From NCBI RefSeq assembly GCF_028641065.1, contig NC_073392.1, positions 38,006,001 to 38,070,000 on the forward strand: a stretch of DNA of 64,000 bases. The letters are read 5' to 3'. Each line of letters begins with the position of its first letter. Within the stretch, counting starts at the first letter, position 1. Shown in pieces: positions 37,900-49,475 of the stretch. The stretch is from Leucoraja erinacea (lineage: Eukaryota). The position numbers were made by a program, and so were the translations under genes. A model generated the notes under the pieces. That model did not search any database. It was given only the letters and a program-made list of their open reading frames with translations, and was not told the DNA's origin.

Positions 37900-38946
37900 T
37901 AAAGTACGTTTTGTTGTTTAAACATGGCTTTCTTTTGCAAGCTTACAATAATAGATCTGCATATATGCTTTGATCATGTTACTCATACAAAGTTGCCAGA
38001 GGCCAAGGGCCACTTTATGAGGCTCAAACCTGCTAATTGTTTTTAGTTATTTACAAAATAACACTACTGATTGCTTAATTTCCATTAATATCATGATGAC
38101 ATTATTGATCAGTCTTAGAGCATTCAGGTCCCCTGAGATTCAGTTACTTTGCCCAGCAACAATGATGGAGCAGCCATATATATACCCATTATAGGTCCAA
38201 ATCAGGATGGAGTCAGAGTTGGGGGAGGGAACTTGAATGCAATAGTGTTCCCTTGTGCTTGCTTCCCTGGAAACTTCAGAAGATTGTTTGTTAAACTTAT
38301 TATCTTTTTTTTTAAAATGCTCATATTTGTGGTTATTATTTCCAAAACCATTAGAGCGAATGAAATGTGGAGACCGTAGGATTAACTAATTAAAATTTTC
38401 TTGTGCAAACACAGTCCAAGTGCAGATTGTACATCGTTCGTGGTTATGAAATCTTACGAATTAGCATTAATTCAGGAAATCTACGTTTATACAAAATCAA
38501 ATACTATTAATAAATTCATAAAGACAAAATGTAGCATTCATAATGTGAATGTGTATTAATAGAACTGCCTACACTACATCACATGGTCCCCCTCCCTGTT
38601 GTATTGCTGTTTACACTGACAATCCAGATCAAATGATTACGGCATTTCCTCACAGTTGCAAATACCTCCATGGGAAAAGCTTTTAACAAATCAGGTTGAT
38701 TAGACAGATCAATCAACTACTCCCAAGAAAGCCATTCATTTTCTCCTTCACCTTCTGTTGAATTTTCATTTTCTTCTGAAGCGTAAAGGATATTACACTG
38801 AACGGGTTGTGTCTCCTGCATTGTGTTAGAAAACAGATCTAGTTTTATAACATTTGCACGTTGCATCCTCCTTATGTTTTATAATGCTTTCATGAACTGA
38901 AGTTCTATTAATACATTAGGTTTGCCTTTTGGTTACTTGTTTTGCC
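37900..38946 (+). promoter_or_regulatory. Probable promoter/5' UTR region of the MWC-type IQSEC1 isoform
   Basis: Repeat-free, AT-rich, non-CpG-island sequence directly upstream of the start codon. The TSS cannot be placed from sequence. Confidence 0.4.
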
Positions 38947-39011
38947 ATGTGGTGCATACATTGTACATCTGAGAGAACACAGTCATTGCTGCAGCTTGAA
39001 CTGGATAGTAG
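38947..39011 (+). CDS. IQSEC1: IQSEC1 first coding exon (MWC-type N-terminus; not in the ORF track)
   Basis: gccATG at 38947 with an in-frame TAG upstream at 38917. Translates MWCIHCTSERTQSLLQLELDS plus AG, then donor AG|GTAAGC (phase 2). Joins exon 48789 (T GTG GAG) to read ...LDSSVEGDAAGSETG. Closely matches the human N-terminus as recalled (MWCLHCNSERTQSLLELELDSGVEGE). Confidence 0.92.
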
Positions 39012-41294
39012 GTAAGCATATACGGTCTGCTACTTCACAATTATTAATGAAACAACATACCCAAGTATGAACTAATTAAGAGAAATTATTAAAAATGTGC
39101 ACTTTACTGAAAAAATGGTTATATAAATTCAGTAAAGCTCACCTTTTTAATAAGTTCTATTAATTAGTTCATATATAACATTGCTAAATGATGCATCTAA
39201 TTTCATAATCTTTCAAAATACATTGGCATATTACCACATTTAACAACCACCCTTAAGATGGCATTGGGATTTGTTAACAACTGCAGTTCCGTACAAATCA
39301 ATACTTTCTTGCAGCATATTTGATAGCATTGACAATCCACTTTATAATTAACCATGAGTGAAATTAAATGCCACACAGCCTAGCTGCTGCTGCATTGAAA
39401 TCACTGAAAAATGAGCCTCAAAACGTTCACGTCTAGTTATAATGAGAATGTGCTAAGATTGATAAATTATATTTTCTAAATAATTTCCCATTTGAAATTA
39501 GACTTGTAGCGCCGGTTGCTTTCTGCATTAAGATGTCTTTTTGCTTTGTGGTATATTTGATTTAAAGAATTTATGAAATAAGGTCTGGCAAGAGGCCTAT
39601 GAATTTGGCATTCTATGAACTCAGTAATTAAATTGTTGTAGATTCATTCAAGAAAGCTGTTTTAAATTTAGAAAATTGTTAATCAGAATGAGGCCTTTAA
39701 AAATATTTTCCAGGTTTGAAGGAAGCTGAATTGCTTCTGCTTTGCAAGAGGTCATAATCCAGTATTCAACAGTCTGATACAATTTAACAATGACATTGTG
39801 ATATATCTAAAAGCCGCAGTTAATATGCAGTGCCTATGTCTTATTCCCAATTGCCAGTGGAGTACATTATTTGCGATATAACCTCCAATTGTTATTGCTA
39901 TTTATAGGTATCTTCACTCCTCTGTGATTTAATAATATTAAACACACTTACTTCCTGTACATCTGCCTAGCAGTTTAGTCTTTTTAAAGCAATATTAGTA
40001 CTAATGTTACTAGTCATCAAGCCTTAGTTTTTGTAAATCTGATTTCACTTTGTTGCACAGAATCTCAAGCATTAGTATATTGGATTCCTTGCAAATGGGA
40101 AAAATCCAACCTGATAGTACAAATATATACTTTAATAACTATTATGTCCCTATCTCTGGTTCACTTCCAAGTTTCCCCTTGTATTTTCTGCAGGTGTTTT
40201 TTTTTAATTTGAAACGTTTCCTAAATTTGAGCCTAACAAGCTTATAGTAGGATCAAGCTAATTGCATGTATATTTATCACTTGTGGATAGATGAATGATC
40301 TTCCAAATAGTGCACATTTTTCTCTTCCTGAGGAGCACTATTGCAGGTCAAACTGTAATATAACAAGCCCAAATTTTTAATTGTTAACTCGCAAAATACA
40401 GGATTGATGATTTCAATGCACACTTTACAAAAGATCAGGAAGTTTATTGTTGAACTGTATCAATTGCGGATCTGTATTCCATATATATATATACACGGAT
40501 GTGGGATATGTTACATTGTTTTTTTTCTATTTTTGGAAGACTTCGGGGACAGATGGGTCTAAAGTGTTTATCACCTCTCAGAATAAGCTGTGCAATTAGC
40601 TTCACCTTGTAGTATCTGAATCCTATATGATATTTTGGTATAAAAACAATATTACTCAGTACCATGCATATTGACATTTAATCATGGTCTGTCATAATTT
40701 CAGCAGGAATACTTTCTGAAAATTGTATGGATATTTTGCTTGTTCAAGATTCAGCAGCATTTATTCATATTAAAATACATTTATCAGAAAGGCTTCATTT
40801 AATGATGTTGCTTTAAATTCAGAGAGTAATCACATTCAGCCGAAATGAAACTCGTGACTAGGAAATAGCAATGGAAATATCAGGAGATTTGATTTCCTGC
40901 GAAGCATAAACATACTTTAAAAAAAATCCCTGGGTTGATCTGCAGGCTATGTCATCGTGTGTCGCACTTCTTCCTGATTGGTGGTTGTGTGCAGCTGAAG
41001 ATTTGGGCTTGTAATGACAGGAGCAGCAAGAACAGGCATTAGAAGAACAGATTGTGTTCACATCTCTCAGCTGTAGAAAAAATATAGCTCTATTCACAGT
41101 AATTTAATTGAATAGATTCTTGTGATCATCTTTAACTAGATCCAAGGCAAGTTGGCACTTTTATTGTCAAAATGGAATTGAAAAACATTCTGTTTTGGCA
41201 GACTCTCAGACATTGATGCAATTCATTTCAAGGATTATCAATTGCTATTTATTATCTGGCAGTGAATCTTACTAAATCGATTGTTGGTCTACAG

Positions 41295-41324
41295 GATGTG
41301 CAGTTTACTCAATGAGATCAGCAG
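41295..41324 (+). CDS. IQSEC1: Candidate 30-nt IQSEC1 cassette microexon or alternative first exon, (R)MCSLLNEIS
   Basis: GTCTACAG|GATGTGCAGTTTACTCAATGAGATCAGCAG|GTGAGG. Strong donor, phase 2 in and phase 2 out, no stop in the IQSEC1 frame, located in repeat-free DNA. No transcript evidence available. Confidence 0.45.
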
Positions 41325-42092
41325 GTGAGGATGGGCTTTATTAATTTTATTTTAGAAACCACAACAGCAGTTTGTATTGTATTGGAATATGCTGCTTTGC
41401 ACCTGTTTTGGGTGTATCACAGATACAATAGTGGGGATTTATTTTTTTGTGAAATAATTTGCAACATGGTAAAAGATTTAAATATCTTAACATATGGTAA
41501 AACCTTTCCTATGCAGTAAACATGTGACAATCATGTGTCCAAGATTTTAAAAGTTAACATGTAAGTTGACTCAGAATTAATTCAGTAAATTGATGTAAAG
41601 AACCATTGAAATATTTTCCTCCTTGCTTAAACATTTTTATGCGAAGTAATAAGAGATTTTAAAATTGTTTGCATCAAATTCAAATGTAGTAGTAATTTTA
41701 GTGTAGGGATTTTTTCAATTTTGCACCTCTACAAATTAAAAATCACTGTTTCACAATTTTTCTGCTTGCAAGCATGCCCTGACCACACAGTGGACAGCGA
41801 GTCATCAAATGTTCATATTCATGTTTATCCAATTTCAGCCGCCAGTTTTCAGACACCTCCTCATACCTACCACAGACAAACACCAGGCCACCATTTCCCA
41901 GACCGTTACTGATCTTGCCACCAAGAGTAATCTCGCCTCTGCAGCCTCCAATGTTACAATTCCCCAGCCCTGCTCTGCCCTTTGGTATCTTCTTCCCAAA
42001 ATCCACAAACAGGACTGCTCTGGCAGATCCTATGTGATGCGTCTTCTCCTGCCCCTTCAGAACTTATCTCTAAAAACTTAGATTCCATCTTT

Positions 42093-42121
42093 CCCCCCCC
42101 CCCCCCCCCCCCCCCCCCCCC
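42093..42121. repeat. Poly-C tract (29 nt)
   Basis: Direct reading. Confidence 0.9.
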
Positions 42122-42404
42122 ACCCTTCTCCTGTCTAGTCCCCTCTGACCTACATTGAAAACACCTCGCTTGTTCTTCAACACTTCAATAGTTTTCAATT
42201 CCAATGGCCCCATTGTTTCATCGTTACCAAGGATGTCCAATCCCTTTACATCTACATTTCCGACCTGGGAGGTCTTAAGGCCCTCCAGTTCCTCCTTGAA
42301 CAGAGACCCAAACATTTCACCAGTACTAACTCTCCTCTGCCCGGCAGAACATCTCCTCACACTCAACAACTCTCTTTTGACCCCTCTCATTTTCTTCAAG
42401 TCAA

Positions 42405-43348
42405 GTCAAGTTAAGTTTATTCGTCACATGCACATACGAGATGTGCAGTGGCAACATGAAATGAAAAGTGGCAATGCTCACGGACTTTGTGCAAAAAGAC
42501 AAACAAACAAACAACCATACAAACAGAATGGAATAGAATCACATATTCTTTTACATATTAAATATTGTGGGCGGAAGGAAAAAGGGAAAAAAAACAGCAA
42601 TTTAAAAAAAAAGCAGTAGAGTGGTACAGTAAAAGTTAGTCCCTGGTGAGATAGGAGTTTACAGTCCTAATGGCCTCTAGGAAGAAACTCCTTCTCAACC
42701 TCTCCATTCTCACAGCATGGCAACGGAGGCGTTTGCCTGACCGTAGCAGCTGGAACAGTCCGTTGCAGGGGGTGGAAGGGGTCACCCATGATTTTATTGG
42801 CTCTAAGGAGTTGCACCTCCTGATGTATAGTTCCTGCAGGGGGGGGGGCGAGTGAAGTTCCCATAGTGCATTCGGCCGAACGCACTACTCTCTGCAGAGC
42901 CTTCTTGTCCTGGGCAGAGCAATTCCCAAACCAGAGGGTAATATTTCCGGACAAAATGCTTTCCACCGCCGCTGAGTAGAAGCACTGGAGGATCCTCGGA
43001 GACACTCTGAATTTCCTCAATTGCCTGAGGTGGTAAAGGCGCTGCCTTGCCTTACTCACGAGTGCCGCGGCATGTGATGTCCATGTCATATCCTCAGAGA
43101 TGTGGACTCCCAGATATTTAAAACAGTTCACCCTATCCACAGTATCCCCATTTATCCTCAATGGTGTGTACGTCCTCGGATGATGTGCCCTCCTAAAGTC
43201 CAAGATCAACTCCTTAGTTTTTTTGATGTTCAAGAGGAGGCTGTTGTCCTGACACCAGAGTGCCAGATCAGCCACCTCCTCCCGGTAGGCCTTCTCATCG
43301 TTGTCTGAGATCAGGCCCACCACTACAGTGTCATCAGCAAACTTTGAC
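42405..43348 (-). mobile_element. Rex1/Babar-type LINE, 5'-truncated, relatively young
   Basis: Minus-strand KFADDTVVGLISDNDEKAYREEV...WCQDNSLLLNIKKTKELILDFRR...FKYLGVHI...KARQRLYHLRQL. (CTTGA)n tail. 12-bp TSD TCTTCAAGTCAA at 42393 and 43349. Confidence 0.92.
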
Positions 43349-44849
43349 TCTTCAAGTCAAAGGTGTAGCCATGGGCCTGTCTTTGTGTTCATTACGTCAA
43401 ATAGCCCTTGTTTCAAATGTACACTGGCACTATTTCTCAACTCCTTTTCCGCTACATCAACAACTGCAGTTGAGCTGCCTCCTGCACCTGTGCTGAACTT
43501 GTTGATTTCATTAACTTTATCACTAACTTCCTGCCCCCAAATTTATTTGGACTACCTCTGACACCTCTCTCCCATTTCTCAATCTCTCGGTCTCCATCAC
43601 AGAGGACAGACAATTGACTGATGTTAGCTGTAAACCCACTGACTCCCCCAGTTATCAGGATTACACCTATTCCCACTCTGCTTCTTGCAAGGATGCCATC
43701 CCCTACTCTCAATCTCTCCATCTCTGTCTCATCTGCTCCCAAGAAGAGGCTTTCCATTCCATTTCCTCTTTCTTTCGTAAATGTGGTTTCCCTCGTGTTG
43801 TAGATGGATCTCAACCCTGTCTCCTCTCTGTTTCACAGTTTTGTTCTCACTCCCTCTCCTCACAGATGGAACAAGGATGGTTTTCTCCTGGTCCTCGCCT
43901 TTCACCTCACCAGCCATTGCATCTGATGTTTTCTCCACCTACAAAGTGATCCCACCACCAGTCACACCCATCCATTCCCACTCCCTTTCAGTAGAGATCA
44001 TGCCCTTCGCAACTCCTTGGTTCGCTCATCCCTGCCCACCTGCCCTATCTCAGGTACTTTCCCTTTCAACTGTAGGAGATGTAACATCTGGTTCTGGTTG
44101 ATTACCTGTCCCTACACCACCTCCACATCCATCCAGGGATCCAAGTAGCCCTTCCAGATGAGACAGGTTATCTACTCATCTACTCAGTGCTCTTGATATG
44201 ACCTACTCTCATCCTCGAGACCAACCAAAAACTAGAAAACCAATTTTGTGGAACATGCCCTCGGTCCGACTATTCTTGCAGGCTTTCCTGATTGCTAACC
44301 ATTTTAACTCCCCTTTCATTCCCATACTGACCTTTCTGTCCTGGACCTCCTCCATTGCCAAAACGAGGCCAATTGCAAACTGAAAGAAGAACACTTCATA
44401 TTCTACTTGGATAGCTTACAACCCAACAGTATGAACATCCTTTTCTCCAGAGATGTTGTTGCCCCGCTGAGTTACTCCAGCTTTTTGTGTCTATCTTCGG
44501 ATATTTATTACTGTTCTGACCATTTTTCTGATAGCAGGCTATTTCAACCAGAATTTAAAAAATATATATTATCTTGCAACGGTGAGATTTTGATCTCTGG
44601 ATTATTAATTTAGCCTCCGCATTGCAGATCTAATAAAACTAAATTCATTTCAGGGAAAGTGTCATATTTTCTAACAGTAAACTAACCAAACCGACTTTCG
44701 GTGCTGTCTACTTTCTATCATAATTTTATTTTCAAACCAAAGTATTGCTTTACAGCTCTTTTCTAATATATTCTTAATTTTTCTTCAAGATATACCAGAT
44801 ATTTCTTCAAGATATACTGCTATTATACTGTGTATATCCAACTTGAAGT

Positions 44850-45165
44850 AACCCCGGCATTCCCTCACATTTTATCCCTCCCACACCCAAGTCGCACTAG
44901 CTTCTCGTTTTTCACCCAACAAACAGCTAACAATGGCGTGCTTCCTTTATCATCATTTTTGCATACTTTCATTCATTGTTCTTTATCTCTCTACATCATC
45001 GTCTATATCTCTCATTTCCCTTATCCCTAACCAGTCAGAAGAAGGGTCTCGACCCAAAACGTCACCCAGTCCTTCTCTCCAGAGATGCTGCCTGTCCCGC
45101 TGAGTTACTCCAGCTTTTTATGTCTATCTTCGGTTTAAACCAGGATCTGCAGTTCCTTTGTACAC
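44850..45165 (+). mobile_element. Penelope terminal-repeat unit with mutated hammerhead motif
   Basis: CAGAAGAAGGGTCTCGACCCAAAACGTCACC...GATGCTGCCTGTCCCGCTGAGTTACTCCAGC...CTGCAGTTCC. Confidence 0.7.
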
Positions 45166-45752
45166 ATTATACCATGAAGTTTGTTTTAAAAGCAGGCAAT
45201 ATCAGAGCAATACAAATCAGATTCAAATGTTGCCCTTATTTTGGATGTTTTATATTATTCTATAATAAACTGAGGATGTTGGGCTAATTCTGACTAATCC
45301 TCTGCAGATGATGTTATGCTGATTTCATATAATGAGTGTTCATTAATATTATCCCAACCTCTGAAACCTCCTTCCTTCAAGAAAAGTGGAAGAGTTCAGT
45401 GTGAGATCGCTTGCCTCATTGCTTCATGTGCAAAAGGAAACATGGCCATTCTGTAATGAATAATAGATTTTTTAATATTAAATGACAAAATAAGTCTATG
45501 GTGTATTCATTAACAAGCACTGATTAAAAGTGTGCCCTCTCCAACAAGGAATTCAGACATTTTCATTATTACAGGCAGATCTTTCACTCTATTGTAGCAT
45601 TATAGTACTCAGAGGAAAAATAATTTTAAATATTTCCATGAAGAAAGAAGTTAACAAAAAATAAAATATTTGCTTGAGAAGACGTAGTTGCATGTTAGGA
45701 AATTGAATTAGTGTTTGTTTCGTGGGACATGAGAAAGATTTAAGGTGCATAA

Positions 45753-46236
45753 ATGGCCTGTCCCATGAGCAGCGACTGCATGCGACAAGCGCGACCTAAC
45801 GTGGTCGCTTGAGCCCTATGGCCTCGCGGGGCCGGTCCCACTTCGATCATCGGCGCTGTATGGAGTTGGTCCCGACATCGCACGGGGCTCCGGAAAACTG
45901 ACAGTATTCAAAAATTCCGCGAGGCAACGGCCTGCTGGCCCGCAGCCGCATTGAGGCCGTACGCACCGCCTCGACGGGCATACGCAGCGTCTTGACGCCG
46001 TATGCAGCGTCTTGACGCCGTACGTTACGTGCGAACTACCCGCAGACTTCGCTCGAACTTCACATCACTCATCGACCTCCACGTGGCCCCTGTTTCTGGT
46101 TTGGTCGCGCTCGCCGCATGCAGTCGCATACTGGTGGGACTGGCCCTGTACAGGGATCACTCGACCCTCGCGCGGCCCCCGCTTCCGGTTTGGTCGCGCT
46201 TGCCGCATGCAGTCGCATGCTCGTGGGACCGGCCCT
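45753..46236. mobile_element. PIF/Harbinger-like MITE with duplicated right end
   Basis: TAA|ATGGCCTGTCCCATGAGCAGCGACTGCATGCG versus CGCATGCAGTCGCATGCTCGTGGGACCGGCCCT|TTA. A second right TIR ends at about 46147. Confidence 0.75.
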
Positions 46237-46908
46237 TTAGTGACATTGTGGTTGGAATCATCAAATCCCTTGTGGGGGAATGGAGGTAGTCAGGAAACTG
46301 GCAAATGCTTATTGCAGCTACATGTACCACCCAAAAGGCATAGTGGAAAATGGGTGGCTGATTATATTCAAGAAGCAAGTAGACACAAGAAACATTAAAG
46401 ACATATTGCAAACAGGCAGGATTGTGGTACAGAGATGATGATGAAGGGCTTGATGATCCAGATACTTGATGTGGTACAGAGATGATGATGAAAGGCTTGA
46501 AGGGCTGATGTTTGCCTGAGATCTGGTAAATGCCAAAAGCTGTTGTCCACCCCTTAATTACTCAAGATCAATGCCATGAAAGATTTTTCCTTCTTCTGTA
46601 GTGCTGGTGATAAGACATTTACTATCTCAATTATTTTTCTGTTTAAATTATTGGAGATTTAATAAATTGATTTATGAATAAAAACTTCCCTAAGCGACTA
46701 AACTTGCAGTGTTAAATTGATCTGACATTGTGGAAACCTATTGTTTTTGCAATTACTGTTTCCAATAGCAAAACCACCTGAATTTTACATAAACAATTAA
46801 AGAAGAACTCAAAGCTGAACATTTCACAACAATTTTGAAGATATCAATGGCACAGATTATGGTTCATTTGGTGCATAGCGTACGTTTACTATCCACTCTC
46901 CTGCTTTC

Positions 46909-46966
46909 TGAATGAATGGATGAATGTATGAGTGAATGAATGTATGAATGAATGAATGAATGAATG
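46909..46966. repeat. (TGAA)n microsatellite
   Basis: Direct reading. Confidence 0.9.
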
Positions 46967-47112
46967 GTACTTTTTTCACCAACAACCTGTGCACCAATTG
47001 ACTGCAATCTTTTTTGTGGCCATACTCTGAGGTGAACCTACCTTCTTTATTAAGTTCCGAGATTAGTGCTTTCCCCTAACTTGGCAGTGAGTACAGCAAT
47101 GGAACACAAGGT

Positions 47113-47412
47113 CCGATGCAGAGGTAGAGTTTCTGTCTTATAGTGCCAGAGACCCGGGTTTGATCCTGACTACGGGCGCTGTCTATACAGAGTTTGTTCA
47201 TTTCCCTGTCACCACGTGTGTTTTCTCCACGTGCTCCAGGTTCCTCCCTCATTCCAAAGACATTCGGGCCTGTCGGTTAATTGGCTGCTGTAAAGTACCC
47301 TTAGTGTGTATGAGGCGAAACTGGGATAACACAGAACTAGTGATCAGTGGTCGGCATGGACTCAGTGGGTTGAAGAGCCTTTTTCGATGCTGTATCTCTG
47401 AACTAAACTAAA
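47113..47412 (+). mobile_element. HE1/V-SINE
   Basis: CCCGGGTTTGATCCTGACTACGGG head, core and tail. Confidence 0.85.
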
Positions 47413-47584
47413 CCTCCACTTCTCCAACTTTCGTCTTTAGTGCTTGAGTATGGAAGTCAAAGATGAGCTGATGTGATTCAGTAAGGAACCACTTGCCTGA
47501 AGCTTTCAGCTCACTAACCTTTTTGACATTCAAAGTTTTCAAATATAATTACGTAATATTTATTTCACTACCATTCTTCTGCTC

Positions 47585-48040
47585 ATCCCAGGAGTTAGTG
47601 GATTAACATATGATGAGCGTTTGGCGACACTGAGCGTGAGTTCAGAAGGATGAGGGGAAGGGGACCTCATTGAAACAAAGTGAATAGTGAAAGGCTTGGA
47701 TAGGGTTGATGTGGAGAAGATGTTTCCACTTAGTGGGAGAGTCTAGGACCAGAGGTCATAGCCTCAGAAATAACAGGACGTTTCTTTAGGAAGGAGATGA
47801 GGACAAATTTCTTTAGTCAGAAAGTGGTGAATCTGTGGAATTTATTGCCACGGAAGGCTGTGGAGGCTGTCAATTGGTATTTTGAAGGCAGAGATAGACA
47901 GATAGATTATTGATGTGTACGGGTGTCAGGGAGAGAAGGCAGGAGAATGGGGTTGAGCGGGAGAGAGATCAGCCATGATTGTATGGCAGAGTAGACTTGA
48001 TGGGCGAAGGGCCTAATTCTGCACCTATCACTATGAACTT
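47585..48040 (+). mobile_element. CR1 LINE 3' end
   Basis: ESRTRGHSLR...FFSQKVVNLWNLLP. Confidence 0.85.
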
Positions 48041-48788
48041 GGCATTACCTTTCTTTTCTTGAACTATACTGACTAAATGCACCAACAGGGCTGTGTTCAT
48101 ATAGAACGCTTTCATCTGTTTTTTCAAATAAAATGTCACCTCCTTTATGTTTTTGTTTAAAATACAAACCAGCTGTAAATAATAAGATCGATTTGATATC
48201 TGGTGGAACTCTGTTGTTAAAGCTTTTGTGCATACCATAAAAAAATGATTGCTTTGCCATTGCTCCAAAGGTCAAGAAAGTAATGGAATAAATGTGCTCA
48301 CAGTATGGGATCAGCACAGAATTGTTTCAGCTGTCAGAAAGGGGAAAATAATTGTATCCATACATCTACTATTTTAAATTATTTGTAAAGTAGTTCTGAA
48401 AAATGCACACAAAGTGTTGGTTTGTATTTTAAAGTGTTTCATCGGTGTTGGGTAAATAAAAAATCAGATCATTGTACAAGGCAAAATGCAGTTTATTTAA
48501 ATTGGCAGCAGCTTTTGATCAATGGCAGTTGAATTTAGGGATTCTTGCCGAGTCATTCAGTGGCAGTGGAGACTCAGAGTCGTTCCAGGATTGGAATATT
48601 ATTTTACAAGCTGATATGTACTTTGAACTACCATATAATGGAAAACTACAAGCCTGCCATCTGTGCACATTAACCCTCCTCGGGTGCATCTGAACTTTAC
48701 TATGTATGACCTAATGTAACAAATAGAAGTATGGACACGGCTAGTCACGTACGGCTAATCAGATTTTAATTTTTTTAACTTTTTGCAG

Positions 48789-49071
48789 TGTGGAGGGTGA
48801 TGCTGCGGGAAGTGAGACTGGCACCTCTCTTGACAGCCCCTCAAGCTACAGCCACGGCCCAATAACACTCAGCGCTGCCGCTAGCCCTGATCAGTTCGAT
48901 GGTTCTTCATTGGTATCATTCGCTATCTCACCCGGTCAGCAACGTCCTCGGAGGCCAAAGCTACAGCATTCCACCTCCATATTACGGAAGCAAGCAGAGG
49001 AAGATGCAATCAAGCGCTCAAGATCTTTGTCAGAGAGCTATGAACTCTCCTCGGATCTGCACGATAAACAG
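48789..49071 (+). CDS. IQSEC1: IQSEC1 internal coding exon (283 nt)
   Basis: Branch-like CTAAT, T-rich tract and TTTTGCAG acceptor; donor CAG|GTATCG (phase 0). Encodes VEGDAAGSETGTSLDSPS...RRPKLQHSTSILRKQAEEDAIKRSRSLSESYELSSDLHDKQ, characteristic of IQSEC1. Confidence 0.96.
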
Positions 49072-49154
49072 GTATCGACTTTTCTTTTGGGGATATGTCA
49101 ATGCAAAAAGCAAAAAAAATAGAATTAAGTTATTTTTGTTTCATGTTAGTTCAA

Positions 49155-49475
49155 AAGTCATAGAAGCAGAATTTGGCCATTTGGCCCAACAAATCTACTC
49201 CAACATTCACTCATTGCTGATCAATCTTTCTCTCTCAACGCCATTACCCTGCTTCTCCCTGTAACCTTTGACATTCTTACATATTAAGAACCAATTAATC
49301 TCCACTTTAAACATACGCAACGACCTGACCTCCACAGCTGTCTGTGGCAATGAATTCTACAGATTCACCACCCTCTAGCTAATGAAATTCTTCCTCATTT
49401 CTTTTCTAACAGTATGTCCATTTATTCTGAGGCTGTGCCCTCTGATCCTAGACTCTCTTACTAGACGGAATAATA
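49155..49475 (-). mobile_element. CR1 LINE 3' end just after the 283-nt exon
   Basis: GGCAATGAATTCTACAGATTCACCACCCTC is the antisense of RVVNL.NSLP. Confidence 0.8.

Larger units (their letters stand above)
41850..44500 (+). mobile_element. Decayed Penelope-like retroelement (RT plus GIY-YIG), interrupted by Rex1
   Basis: Remnants YLLPKIHK..GR, QVKGVAMG, CKPTDSPSYQDYTYSHSASCKDAIPYSQ, IANHFNSP and SLQPNSMNI occur in the expected order. Confidence 0.85.

Noticed and set aside
45285-45340. Acceptor-like CTAATCCTCTGCAG
   Set aside because: Immediate stop in the IQSEC1 frame and no good donor.
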